NCBI GenBank assembly: GCA_013239625.1
Contig: MU053379.1
Location: 3,578,866 to 3,642,865 of the forward strand
Direction: 5' to 3'
DNA from: Lama guanicoe
Taxonomy: Eukaryota
DNA: 64,000 nt
This document shows, one piece after another, positions 36,946 to 48,914 of the stretch (positions within the stretch are counted from its first letter, which is position 1; the number at the start of each line of letters is the position of its first letter). The notes under the pieces are model-generated. The model was not told the origin of the DNA. It ran no database searches and was given only the letters and a program-made list of their open reading frames with translations. Both the position numbers and the translations under genes were made by a program.

Positions 36946-38189
36946 AAATGCCCTTGATTTCAGCTGCCGAGCAGCAAGGACTTACGGGTGCCACTGCCAT
37001 TTTAGACGGCCGCCTTGACACTCCTTCAGAAGAACGTGCCCAGTTCTCAGCATTCTTTTACTTCCCATGATGCTGGTTTTGATTGTGTTTATTGAAATGC
37101 AGTTTTCTCTCTGATTAATCTAAAAAAGAAAATCTGGGCTTATATTTTGTTTGTCTTTTTTATTTTATCTTCTGATAATTCGTTGTTACTGTATTTTACA
37201 AAAATACTGGTCTGAGGCTAATTGGGAACTTAGAAAAACCTGGTCTTCCCCCTCAGATGCTTTGAGAAGCGCTGTGACAGAAGACTGGGTTCTCAGAGTC
37301 TGCGCGATCTAAGCGGGTGGACCCACGGGTGAGCTGGGGCAGCGGCGCAGGGTGGGGAGCTGGGTCCAGCCTCTCCTCCCATCCCACGCTGGGCTCTTTG
37401 GAACCCGGGTGTCCATTCAGTGAAGGAAGAACTTTTTCTTCTCACAGATGTGAGATTCCCGGGAAGCCTGCCGGCAGCTTCCTGCCAGAGGGACAGCTGT
37501 CTGTCCATGGACGAGCCATGCGCCCAGCCAGGAGGGGAGCCAGTTCCAACCGAGGCCCCCAGAGACTCCTGGTGGCATGAATCAGGGCCCCAAAAGGTCT
37601 TCTCTATCAGGAACATCAAAGGAAAGGGTATTTAGTGTCCAATGTAAAGGCTTACATCTGGATAGTCACAACCCAGCCACACAAGTGTGGAGCAAAAATG
37701 ACACATGAGAAAGGGGTGTGGTTGATCCTCAGTAAGGCCAATTGAAGTCACTAAGCCTAAAACAGAAGAATTAAATTAAATTTTAAAAAGAATGTTTCTA
37801 GATTCCATTCATGGGAATTCATATCTGGTCCAAAGGAAGTGTTCTGCTCCATGGGGAAAACGTGTGCATCCACTTGTCAGTGATTAACGCTCCACGGCCC
37901 GGGCTGGACTCCAGCGACACAGGAATGAGTGAGGTGCCGGCCGGCCCTGGAGAAGCTGCTGTTTATTTTCCTAAGACTCACAATGGGGCGCCCACACTGG
38001 GCTAACTGCAGAGGGCTCGGACCCGATGCCACGCCATCATGGGGGTGTGGAAAATTGCAGTGAGTCCCGAGGACAGAACTGGAAGGCAAGAGACTCCGAT
38101 GGTCACATATGGAGGAGGCTTAAAAGGACTGAGGCTGGCTGACCTGGTGACGAATAGAGAGGGGACGATTGCTGCCATTTTTTCAATCT

Positions 38190-38560
38190 CCCGAACTGTG
38201 CCCACTGCTGCGAAGACCACATGGGGCTGTTTAAAACAAACTTAATTACAACCGAGTACACTAAGACGTTCAGTTTCTTCTTTAAAGTTGAAGTAGCCTT
38301 GATTTGCAATGCTGTGCTCGTTTCTGATGTACAGCATAGTGGTTCAGTTACACGGATGTAGACATACGTTCCTTTCCATATTCTTTTTCATTACCAGTTA
38401 GTATGAGCTACTGAATATAGTTCCCTGTGCTACACAGTAGGTCCTTGTTTAGAACCTCAGGTTCTTATTGCAGTAGTCGCAGTCCGATGGTCAGTAGCCA
38501 TAAGCGCCTGGTGGCGGTCGTATCGGACCGCACAGACGCAGGGTCCTTCCCTCGTCCCAG
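38190..38560. mobile_element. MER3-like hAT element split by an L1 3' fragment (38283-38450)
   Basis: ccacatggggctgtttaaa...ttaatt then L1 UTR then gtagcca...gtggcggtcgtatcggaccgcacag. Confidence 0.5.
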
Positions 38561-39332
38561 GGGGCTCTGGTGGACTGTTCTGGAAGGACCCCACGTGGAA
38601 GACGAGTCCCCTTGTCCTCACTTTGTTTAGATCTGAGGGTTGAAATAATGATGATAAATAGTTGAAAATGTGAGCTGTGTGTTAGGAAAACCTTCTGCGC
38701 AGAAACAGCTCTTCAGAGGTGCCCCGTGGGCAGTGAGCCCTCCGTCGCTGGAGGAATGCCACCGGGCGGGTTGCTTTGGCTGACTTTTTCCTCTGAAGGA
38801 TTCTCCAGGTTGTGAAAGGTCTTCTTCACCAAATGCTCATTCTATTCTAGCTGCCGAGCTCCAGGCTTTCCGGACATGACCCCCATTTATCATTTCAGCA
38901 ATTCTGCAAGTCAGGTGTTCTTATCCCCTTTTGACAGATGAGGAAACACAACCAGCCAGGTGAGTTGCCTAGGTTCTGGAAAACGCAATGGGTCAATGGA
39001 CTTTGGGGGTCTGATTCTAAAGCTCTTCACAGGTGCGCTTTAATCTTGAGACTGTAGATGCTCAATAAAGACGGCTTGGCTAAACAAACTGCACCAAGTA
39101 AATACACTAGTGCCTGAAAACAAAGCACAGATGAACAACATTCTTGTGTGGCTTGTGATCTCAACCAAGTGAACGTAAATTACGTGTAGAAGAAAGGAGC
39201 ATTAATGACAAAATATTAGCTTTGGTTGATAGTTTTGGTAGGAGTAGAGTTCATTTTTCCTTTTGGACAAAAAGTATAACATATATGTTGTTTATTCAAC
39301 AAAACAAACTTTACTTAAAAATGTTAGATGTT

Positions 39333-39516
39333 GAGGGAGGGTGTGGCTCAGTGGTGGAGCGCATGCTTGATGCAAGAGGTCCTGGGTCAATCCCCAGTGC
39401 CTCCATTAATGCATGCATGCATTAATAAATAAATAAAGCTAATTATCTCCCCTCATCAAAAAAAAGAATAAAAAAATAAAATAGTTGGACAAAAAAAGAG
39501 AAGAGTTTATTTTAAG
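39333..39516 (+). mobile_element. Camelid tRNA-derived SINE (Vic-1-like) with 13-bp TSD
   Basis: A box gtggctcagtggtggagc, B box-like gggtcaatcccc, tail aataaataaa.ctaatta.ctcccc; TSD aaatgttagatgt at 39319-39331 and 39517-39529. Confidence 0.88.
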
Positions 39517-39560
39517 AAATGTTAGATGTGCACTAAGAGAATTTAGTGCCCACATAAAGT

Positions 39561-40028
39561 TGTAGTTATCTGTGGCTAGATTACAAGCCACCCCAAACAC
39601 AGCGGCTTAAAGCAACAGTTTTATTATTTCGATTCTGTGGTTGGCCGGGTGGCCCCTTAGCTGGTCTTCCCTGGGCTCACTTACATGGCCACGTTCGCTG
39701 GAGGTTGGCTGGGCTGGGTGGTCCCTCGGGGCCTCACGCACGTGGTTGGCGGTGGGTGCTGATTCCTCCACGTGTCCACTTCCCCCTCCCCACAACAGGA
39801 GGTTTCACCTGCTTCCTCATGGCTTCCAGGTAGCGTTCCAAGAGGACAAGGTGGCCCGGTAAGTTCTCTGGAGGCCTACGCTTTGGAACAGACCACATCA
39901 GCATCTCTGCCACATTGTGGGGCTAAAAGGCAGCCCAGATCCCAGGGATGGGAAGACAGACTTCACCTCATGATGGGAGAAGCCATAAAACATTGTGGCC
40001 GTGTTTGAAAATCCATCATCCATCACAA
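39561..40028 (-). mobile_element. MLT1 MaLR LTR
   Basis: ccaccccaaacacagcggcttaaagcaaca...ctgccacatt...cagcccagat.ccaggg...gacttcacctc.tgatggga. Confidence 0.7.
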
Positions 40029-41987
40029 AATATGCATTTACCCTCATCGAAAAGGGGCAGATAATGGTCTGTGGATTGTCTCAACCGCCATCATGGAAGG
40101 CTGGATTGATGTCCTTGCCATCTCTGGATGATGTGGTTAGATGACCACTGCTAGCAGCAAGGCGGCTGGGACGAGTGGGCTTTGGAGTGGGCTGGCCCAT
40201 GGTGGGCACATCTCCTGCGGTCAGTCCCCTGGCCAAGGTGCTGCGCATCCACCTGACTGGCAGCCTCTGCACACCACCACCTCCTGGACAATCACCACTG
40301 GAAGCAGAGCTCTGCCCTGATGTCAGGGAAGCTGGGGGGGCCTCCCCAAGCCCCCTTGTCTACTCCCCCTGCTCCCAGCAAGTCCCTTCATAGCGATAAA
40401 TCCCTTAAAGGCAAGACATTCTGCGTAACTTTACCTCGCATTTGGTTTGGCTTAATATACATTTGTTAATTTTCTGAAATGATTGGATTTTTTTCCTCTC
40501 TTGTCTGAGGATAATTCCAGGCTGTTCCAGGGCTGGTCACTGGGAAGGGGCAATAGGACAACAGTTACTAGAACACAGGAATGCTTGACTTTGCTTCGAG
40601 ATGGCAGAGAGAGCAACTTCACCTTGGGGTCTGCTCCTTCCCGTGGCTTGATGCCTTGTGCCCACACCTCTCTCTGTCCTCTGCCTTTTGCTGGGTCTCT
40701 GCTGGCAGGTGCACCCAGGTACACTTGGTAGCTGACTCGGTGATGCAATGAAGTAAAAAAAAACACAAGCTCTGCCTTTCCCCTGATGACAACCACAGGG
40801 TTGTTTAAATAGCAGGGTTATTGATGCGCATTTGTCCCTTTCTCTCTCATTCCGCTTAATCATTGTCAGGAGGCAGAGAATGGTCCGTATGTTGATCAAG
40901 ACCTGGAATCACTAACTTGGTGCTAAACCTCTAACGGGAGTGCAAGGAGGGGTGCCTGCCTTCCCAGGACACTCACTTCCTTCTGGATCCTCACGAGTCC
41001 CTGGAAGCCCCAGAGCTGCCTGGCGCAGGCGGGGCCCAGGCGGGTAGCCGGGGCCGATTGGCACCACAGACTGACTTGTATTTTCTCACTGTCCCTGTTT
41101 CTGAATCCTCAGTTTCTGAGGTCTTCCTGGGCACACTATAATTTCAGGATTGACAATGAGGCTGACAAGAGTGAAAAGAAAATATATTTAGGGAAACAGG
41201 AATTTCTCTCAACCTTTATCCTGACATTCAGCAGTAGATGATGGATGTTTTAAATTGCTCTTGATAAGAAGCTATCAGTAGGAGTTATTTTGTTTCACAG
41301 ATACCTGGCAGGTCAAAAACATACTCAAATTGAACAAATATTCTCAAATTAAGTACAGGGAATCGTAAGGCCAGGTAACTGGTGCTGCAGAAAGGAAGGG
41401 ATTCAGAGGAACACATCTTCCCCCCAGCACTCGAGTGAGCCAAATTGTGTGGGAACAGACAGACAACTGGGGAGGTCAAAATGGAAATCAGGTGCTAGCT
41501 GGTTTCATCCAGAGAGCTGGGGATGCTTACGGAAGACCCGCCACCCACGCTGTCAGGAGAGCTGGGCGGCTCAGCTGAGAGGACAAGTGGACGAGGGTCA
41601 TTTAAGGACCCTTCAGTTTCAAATGTATTTCACTAGTCACTTTACCTCTCTGGGGCCTTAATTTCCCCGTCTGTAAAATGGGATGGTAATATCCTCACCA
41701 CTGTTTGAGGAGTGAAGGTCTATACGTGAAACTGCTTCGAAAATGACAATGCTCTTCTTTGGCTAAGTGGTACCTGCTGTAATGATTAAGGCAGTGGGTG
41801 TGCCTCCCTTGCAAACCGCTTCCAAGCTGTCAGAAGTCGTGCACTTAATATATACATAAAACATCTATGACAGGTACATGATACATACATTATTTTAAAT
41901 AATAGTCATCATTCACACATGTTTTTGGTGATTTCATTTCTTTTTATTTAAAGAGTGGTTCCAAATTCCTTCTGGAGAAACGCAGAT

Positions 41988-42195
41988 TTTTTTTATTGAA
42001 AGATAGTTGATTTGCAGTGTTGCGTTAGTTTCAAGTGTGCAGCAAAGCGATTCAGTCATACATCTATACACGTATGTGTATGTATGTAGATACATACGTT
42101 CTTTTTCAGATTCTTTTCCATTATCTGCTATTACAAGATATTGAAAACCCTTCCCTGTGCTACACAGTAGGTGCTTGTTGTTTATCATCGTATAC
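41988..42195 (-). mobile_element. L1 3' UTR fragment
   Basis: ttttattgaaagatagttgatttgcagtgttgcgttagtttcaagtgtgcagcaaagcgattcag...ccctgtgctacacagtagg. Confidence 0.8.
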
Positions 42196-43392
42196 ACTTT
42201 GATTGAGCACCTACTACCTGCTGGGCACTGTGCTTAGTACTGGAGATGTAAAACCAGTGAGGCAAAGCCCAGGTAATAATGCTCTGTCATAACATCACAG
42301 CCCATATCACCTGTTACTGTTCGTAGATAAAGAATTGTGAATATTTTTAATGCGAAGAATTTATTTCATGGTTATATTTTATATAAAGTATACAACGTAT
42401 TCATTTTATGGCTGTCCACTAGTCTCATGTGCATTAAGTCATACACATGGGACAAAATGTTCCAGCAGTAAAGGAAGATGGGACAGTCTTTATGTGAATT
42501 CGCAGGGCATTCTCAGGCATTCTCTAAGAAGCAGACCCTAAGAGCAGGATTTGAGAGCAAGGTGTTCATCTTGGAGAACCGATGTGTAGACACATGGAAA
42601 TAGTGGAGTGAGGGCTTACGTGTGTGTATGTGTTCCCAGTACGTCTGGGAAGGCAACTCTGCAGCCCAGCAGATGGGGCTGGTTGGGCGCCTTGTAAATA
42701 TGGCTTTTTGGCCACACTGCCTATATTTGTACTCAGCTGCTGAGAAAGTTGAAACACTCCAGTTATGCCTGGGCCACTAAAATGTAACTGCAAAATATTC
42801 GGTGGATCTTGCGTATAAAAGTGTCTAACACTGATTGGGGTGAACCCTGACTGTGTGAGCTGAGCCCAGGTGTCAGACAGCGGGTCAGAATGGAGCACGT
42901 GACCTCGCTCAGGCCAGGAGAGGTGGGTGGGGCCGGGAGGTTTGGGAGAAACGTTCCTTCCTCCTAAAAAAAGAAATTGTCCTGTTTATTATTGAAGGCA
43001 GAAAACTGGAACTGACTCACCTTTTGTTACGTGAGATCATAGATTTTCTTTGTTGTTGAGCCATTTTGAGTTGGGTTTTCTGTGACTTTAATTTGAGAGC
43101 ATCTGAGCAGCCTCTGGAGCTGAGACAGAGACTGTGGTGGTGGTGGTGGGGGTGGACAGTAGGATCAGCCTCATTCCCACAGGTGGGATTTGCTGGGTTC
43201 CGGCTGCTTTTAAAGGTCTGGGAGGAGGCTGGAGCTGTGTGTCATCCCAACGGAACCGATTCACACTTCGAATTCGGATGGCATGAGAAGTACGAGTAAA
43301 AGTACCTTTAGTGGTTGGCTACGACTCCTGCTTACTCTTTAAGACATTTATGTTCAATAGTGGTAAAATCCACTTAATATAAAATTCTCCAT

Positions 43393-43969
43393 TGAGGCGG
43401 GAAGCCCTATAAAAAGACCAGCAGGACCCCAAGCAGGGCCACTACTCTCGTGCCGGCACCATCCGGTTCCCTGGCCCAGAGGCTCTTATCTCACTTTTTG
43501 CCTCTGAAAGGGCTAACTTACCCCTAAAATTCTATTGGTTCCCTGAGCTCACTTCTGATTGGTTATTTCCTTCACTCCTGATTGGTTATTACTCTCACTT
43601 CTGATTGGTCCACTTCCCTAACTTCTGATTGGTCCATTTGTAGTACTTCATTTGCATGGAGCTCACTCCTGATTGGTTACTTCTCTCACTCCTGATTGGT
43701 CTATTTCTACAAAGCTTGTTCCTGGTTGGTCCACTTCTGTTATACTTTATTTGCATATGATGTTGCAAACTATAAAACTGGCAGCCTATAAAGGCCTGTG
43801 TAAACCTACAGACAGAGTCCAGAGCTTCGAGTGTTAGTTCTTGTGGGCCTGCTGCCATGATAAACCTGAGTTCTCCAACTCTTCGAGTGCTGCGTGTTCT
43901 CTCTCCTGGATCCAGGTTGCTGTCATGTGTGAACTATAACACCTAGCTGTAACACATTTTTCTGCAACA
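43393..43969 (+). mobile_element. Solo ERV LTR (class I-like), 577 bp, inserted in an old L1 3' end
   Basis: TG...CA termini, 4-bp TSD ccat/ctat, tandem CTGATTGG array, TATA (ctataaaa 43770, cctataaa 43785); L1M sequence is continuous across it (aaaattctccat | ctatcttaacatttttaattgcacagttcag). Confidence 0.85.
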
Positions 43970-44293
43970 CTATCTTAACATTTTTAATTGCACAGTTCAG
44001 TGAACTAAGTAGATTAACACTTGTGCACCCACCTCCCCCATCCATCTCCAGACCTTTTCCATCATTCTCAAGTGAAACTCTGTCCTCATTAAAAAATCAC
44101 CCCCCCATTCCTCCCTCCCCCAGGCCCTGGCAACCGCCATTCTAATTTTTATCTCTGTGAGTTTGACCGTCCTAGGTACTTCACGTACCCGGAATCATAC
44201 AGTGTTTGTCTTTTTGTGCCTGGCTTATTTTGCTCAGCGTAATACCCTCAGGGCCACCTCTGTTGTAGCATGCATCAGAACTAACTTCCTTTT
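43970..44293 (-). mobile_element. Old L1 (L1MB-like) 3' end; continues at 43355-43392 and 44833-44870
   Basis: ccccaggccctggcaaccgccattcta..tctctgtgagtttgac..ctaggtacttcac..ggaatcatacagtgtttgtcttttt. Confidence 0.8.
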
Positions 44294-44294
44294 T

Positions 44295-44421
44295 GGGGAT
44301 GGGGAGCCGTCATTAGGTTGATTGATTAATTAAGTAATTAATTTAATGGAGGCACTGCGGATTGAACCCAGCACCTCGTGGATGCTAAGCATACACTCTC
44401 CCACTGAGCTACACCCTTCCC
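44295..44421 (-). mobile_element. Camelid Vic-1-like SINE
   Basis: Reverse strand gggtgtagctcagtgggagag...gggttcaatccgcagtgcctccatt. Confidence 0.85.
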
Positions 44422-44425
44422 TCCC

Positions 44426-44706
44426 TTGCCCAGTTTTGGTATCAGAGTAATCTTGGCCTCATACTGAGTTGCACAGTGTATGCCTTCAGTTTTCTGGAAG
44501 AGTCTGTGTAGAATTTCTATTACGTCTTCCTTAAATATTTGACAGAATTCACCAGTGAAGCCATCTGGACTTGATGCTTTTCGGGGACGTTTTACCTGAT
44601 TCAGTTTTTTGGATAAATGCTGAGCTATTCAGATGATTTATTTCTGAACGAGCTTTTGCAGTTTGTATCTTTCACATATTTCGTTCATTTCATCTAAGTT
44701 GTCCGA
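44426..44706 (-). mobile_element. Degenerate L1 ORF2 internal fragment (region just upstream of the RT domain)
   Basis: Minus strand gives DNLDEMNE...SPDGFTGEFCQIFKEDVIEILHRLFQK...EAKITLIPK, matching L1 ORF2 GPDGFTAEFYQ..EASIILIPK. Confidence 0.8.
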
Positions 44707-44831
44707 TTTTTTTTTTTTAGAGGGGGAGGTAATTAGGTTTATTTATTTATTTTTTAATGGAGGTACTGGGGATGGAACCCAGGACCTCGTGCAGGCTAAG
44801 CAGGCGCTCCACCCCTGAGCTGTGCCCTCCC
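44707..44831 (-). mobile_element. Camelid Vic-1-like SINE
   Basis: Reverse strand gggagggcacagctcaggggtggagcg...gaggtcctgggttccatccccagtacctccatt...aaacctaattacctcccc plus A tail. Confidence 0.88.
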
Positions 44832-47800
44832 TTCCTCTCTCCTTTTAAGGCTGAAAAATATTCCTGTTTACTCTTCAGGCTGCCGTTTGGGGTCTTATGA
44901 GGTCTTTGAAATTCATGGTTGTGCTGGGAACCCAACCCAAGGAGAATCCATGGGAAATCTCATGGTGTGGGGGTCCAGACCTTCCATACGGCAGCATCGT
45001 GCTCTGCCTGGACCTTCATGGCTCTTCTTTGCATCCGTGCCTCCTGGGTCCCCAAGGGAGACCAGGAGTCCTCTCTCCAGTCACCTGTGAAGGGCGTGGT
45101 GGGCTGAGAGGTGCCTTCACACGTCCTCTGAGTCTTCCCAGAAACCAAACACATACGGTTTCTCTGTAATTATGTTCTGCATCATTTTTAGGTGGTGGTA
45201 GTGGTGGGGCTTGTTACAGCAGAGAGGTTCCCAAATAGGTGAAAGGGACAATCATAAAGGAACATGTCTGTTATGAAGTGGAGATTCCTTTTCTTTTTTA
45301 AATGTAGAGATTGAATACTTGTTTGTTTTGTTTTTTTTGTTAATTCACATACACCTCTTTGGATAAGCAAGCCCCTGAGATGGAACGGCCCTCCTGTGGC
45401 AAATTCTAGTCCTGTAAACGGTTTAAAAAAAATAAGAGTATTTTTGTCGCCTCCTTCTCCCACGAAGCTAAAACAGTTGATTTCTCCAGCTCTCACCTGC
45501 AGTGTGAACGTTGAATTAAACACTTACGGCGTTATCAATTAATGTGAGAGAAAAAACACCCAGCGAGGGCGATGAGCTGCCTCTAAACCCGGTGGAACTG
45601 AATGCAGATAAAAGGGGTTCAACAGTGTCATCTTCCTGCCCCGGACTCCTGGGAGGTTTTCCTTGAACTGGTTCACGTAGTCAGAAGCCTTACATTCTTT
45701 TCTGAAGGACGGTTGAGATAATTTTAATCATAATGGAGACGATATGCCGTGAAGTCTTTACAAAAAGGAACGGAGTGCGATGTGGGGGCGGGGTGGCGCC
45801 TGCATTAACGCGCACCCCTCTTGTCCTCACCGCGACGCGTGGTGACGCCGGAAAGTGACGCCAGGCTGCGCGAGGAGCCAGGGCTGTTCAGCGTGTTAAC
45901 ATCTCCATTATGTCTAGAAGCAGAAAATGGAACAGATAAAGCAGGTTGGGTTTCCCCCGCACTGTAATGTATGACAGAGTGTCACGGGAACTCATTGTCT
46001 GCCATGAATACAAAAATACGGGCCGTTCAGGCCCGACAGTGAGAACGCCAGTGAGTCCGTGAAAGCGCCCCGCTCGCAGGAGTCTGGCTTGCTTTTATTT
46101 ATTTCCCCCCACTAAGGCGGTTCCTTGAGTTGTCTCATCTTTAAAGTTTACGTGGCGTCCAGAATTGCTTCTTTTTTCCCTTCCTGCTCTGTTTCTAAAA
46201 TGCAAGAAAGGCAGGATGAAATACAATGGAACCCTCGCATTGGTTTTCCTGGCCCCTTCATTCAGGCCAAGCGCCGTCTTGTTTGAGCGAACGATGGAAC
46301 CATTTTCACAGGAGGCGCAGGCAGGACGTGGCAGAGCCCCCGCGCCGTGGGCCTGCTTTCCCGGCAAAGCGCGGGCTCCGACGCCCTGGCGGAGGCGGTC
46401 CTGATGGGCCCGCCCGGGGCGCACGCGTGGTCCTGCCCGCTCCCGAGCCTGGGACCTGCCTGCTGGGCACCGGGAGCGGAGCGGACGCCGTCCTTGGAGA
46501 GAGCCCGGGTGGTCTTCTCTGTGTCCCCGGGGCTCCTGGCTTGAGAAGAAGGGATTTCGGGAGGGAGCCCTTAGGACTCAGGAGTGATTCTGACCTCGAG
46601 CTGACGTTTTCAGGGTGAACAGCCTGCGGCGGGGCTGGCACGTTGGATGTCTGGCTCTGCCTGTGGCCACAAGGGGGTGTCAGGGACCGGGCGTGAAAGG
46701 AGAGGACATCTGAATTTGGGGAAACTTGAACATGTTACTTCCTGCCCCGCTTTGGAAATGACTGCTAATTCCGTGTGGGAAAAGCCCACATGGAGCCCTC
46801 GTCTCTGGTTCACTCAGCCTCGGCCTCTGGAGACAGAAGCCGGGACAAAGTAGGATGATTTGGACTTAGTACACGAGGCCACACAAAGGTCCTACCTGCC
46901 GCAAGCAATCAGAAGCTTCGGGTCGACCCGTGCTTGGGTCTGCACAAAACTGTTTTTTTCAACCTTAAAGTTACTCTTGGTGCAAACTTTATCCCTGTTT
47001 CCTTAGCCCTGTGTCCTTTTTTTTTTTTAAATCATTGCTGATCCTGCTTACTCTGGACTCACTAAACATGCAGCCTCCAGTGCTGCCCTCTGCCCTCTCT
47101 CCCTTCTCTCCGTGAACTCAGAGCTCACGGTTTTCTTCAGGCATCAAGCTCGAGGTAGCAAGAAAGACGGGCTGAACGCTGAGGGCCCAGTCAGTTCAGA
47201 AACCATCCCAGCAGGAAGAGGGCAGAGGGAGGGAGAGGCCAGAGGTCTGCAATCCAGCTGGAAGTGGGGGAGGGGTGGAGGAAAGGGGGACACCGAGGCC
47301 GGGGATTCTCAGAAAACACGGAGGATGCTTTCCTAGAAGCCCAGCCTCGCTGAAGCTGCTCCCCTCCCAGAACCCTTCCGGCTCTCCCAGCCCCAGGGCC
47401 TGGCCCCGTCCCTCTCCCCACCCCTTCCTCCTCCACCGACAGGAACACCCTCAGCTCCCTTTCTGCCAGAGCTTGGCTTGTCCTGCCACCTGCAGCCTGG
47501 ACCTGAGAACCTTCGCCATTTCCCCCAAGTCTGTCTAAATCGCCATCTCCCCCAGACCCCGTCCTTTCTCCAGGGAAAGTAAGGTCTTCCCGGCCCTGGG
47601 CTGAGCTCCCCCTCCGCAGGCGTTGGGATGTGCTGCCCGGTGGCTTTCCCTGTCTCTCCAGGCTGGCATCAATTTTCTGTCCTCAGCTTTGCATCGGCCA
47701 CGCCAGTGCCTCTCAGGCCCGAAGGCCGAGGGCACGCCGCCTGCAGCTGTTGAACTGAGCTGCGGGCCACCCTGAGGTCGCCTGTCCACTCTTGGTCGCA

Positions 47801-48914
47801 GCCCGAGGCCCTTTCAGTGAGGTCTTGACCGCCTGGCTGCAGGCAGGCGGCGCGCCGCCGCGAGCCAGCTGTCTTTGAAAACACGCGAGACGGAGGGCAG
47901 CCATCCCTCCATCCGCTGGTTGGGGTGAGAGACGCAGAAAGCCTCGCCGCTAGCCGAGCTGACTTCGCAGCCGGGGCCCCGCTCCGCTGGGCGGCAGCAG
48001 CTTCGTCTCAGTCTCGGGGAGCACGCGCTCCCCCCGGGCCGGGGGCCGGGGGCGCGGCCCTCCCGGAGCCTCCTGCGGCCTGCGGGCCCCTGCCCGCGGC
48101 CCCGCCTGGGCAGCGGTGCCAGCTGTTTGTGGACGGAGGCCCTGGGGAGCTGCCTCCAGAGAGATGTGACCTGTCTTCATTTTACCCACGAGAAAACCAG
48201 GCCCATTTTGGTGAAATGATTTGCTCCAGGTCTCAGAACTGGCTTCTGGAAGATCCAGGATCAGAGCCCAGGCTTAACATTTCAGGGTCTAGAGCTCCTC
48301 CTCCCCACTCGCGTTTATAGATCGTTTTTGCGAACAGCAGTCTCGCCTCCGGGCGGGGCGCTCTTGCCCCCGGGGTGTGGGGACGAGGGGGCGCGGGGCG
48401 CACGTGCGGAGCCAGGTCCCCGCGTGCCAGCGGCTCCGCTCGCGCCGCACCTGCCGGGCTCGGGCTCTGGCTGGGCTTGCCACTGCCTCTCGCTGCCCCG
48501 AAGCACAGCTTTCTCCCCTGCCGTGGCGGGTTCGCTTAAGCCAGCACAGCCGTCGGGGTTCACGCCGCGGAGCGCGGCGTCGTGAGATGCGGCGGCCGCC
48601 TGCCCGGCGGACGGACAATTTGGTAGTCGTTCCACAAAGCGGGCAGCCTGCTGTCCGGCTGGACTATACCCCGAACCCATCCTTTGCTGGCGTTCCCCCT
48701 GCCTGGATCCGTTCCCCTCAGTCCTACTTCCTGGGTCCCCTTCCAAACAAGCCCCTGCACTCAAGACCTGACCTCCGGAGCTGCTGGGGGCCCCACACTA
48801 AGGCAGGTGAGGAATGGAGCTCACAGGCCCAATTCCATCTGCCTACCTGCTCGGCCAGCCGTGCCAGGCAGAAGGTGCACCCCAGTGCCGTGTGTGTGTG
48901 TGTCTGTGTGTGTG

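Noticed and set aside
39333..39405. tRNA-like sequences with A and B boxes (also ~44350-44420, 44760-44831, 59270-59348, 62040-62112)
   Set aside because: SINE heads with A-rich tails (one with a clear TSD), not tRNA genes
43530..43735. Regularly spaced repeats resembling a CRISPR array
   Set aside because: Eukaryotic LTR enhancer repeats with ~23 bp period, no unique spacers and no cas genes
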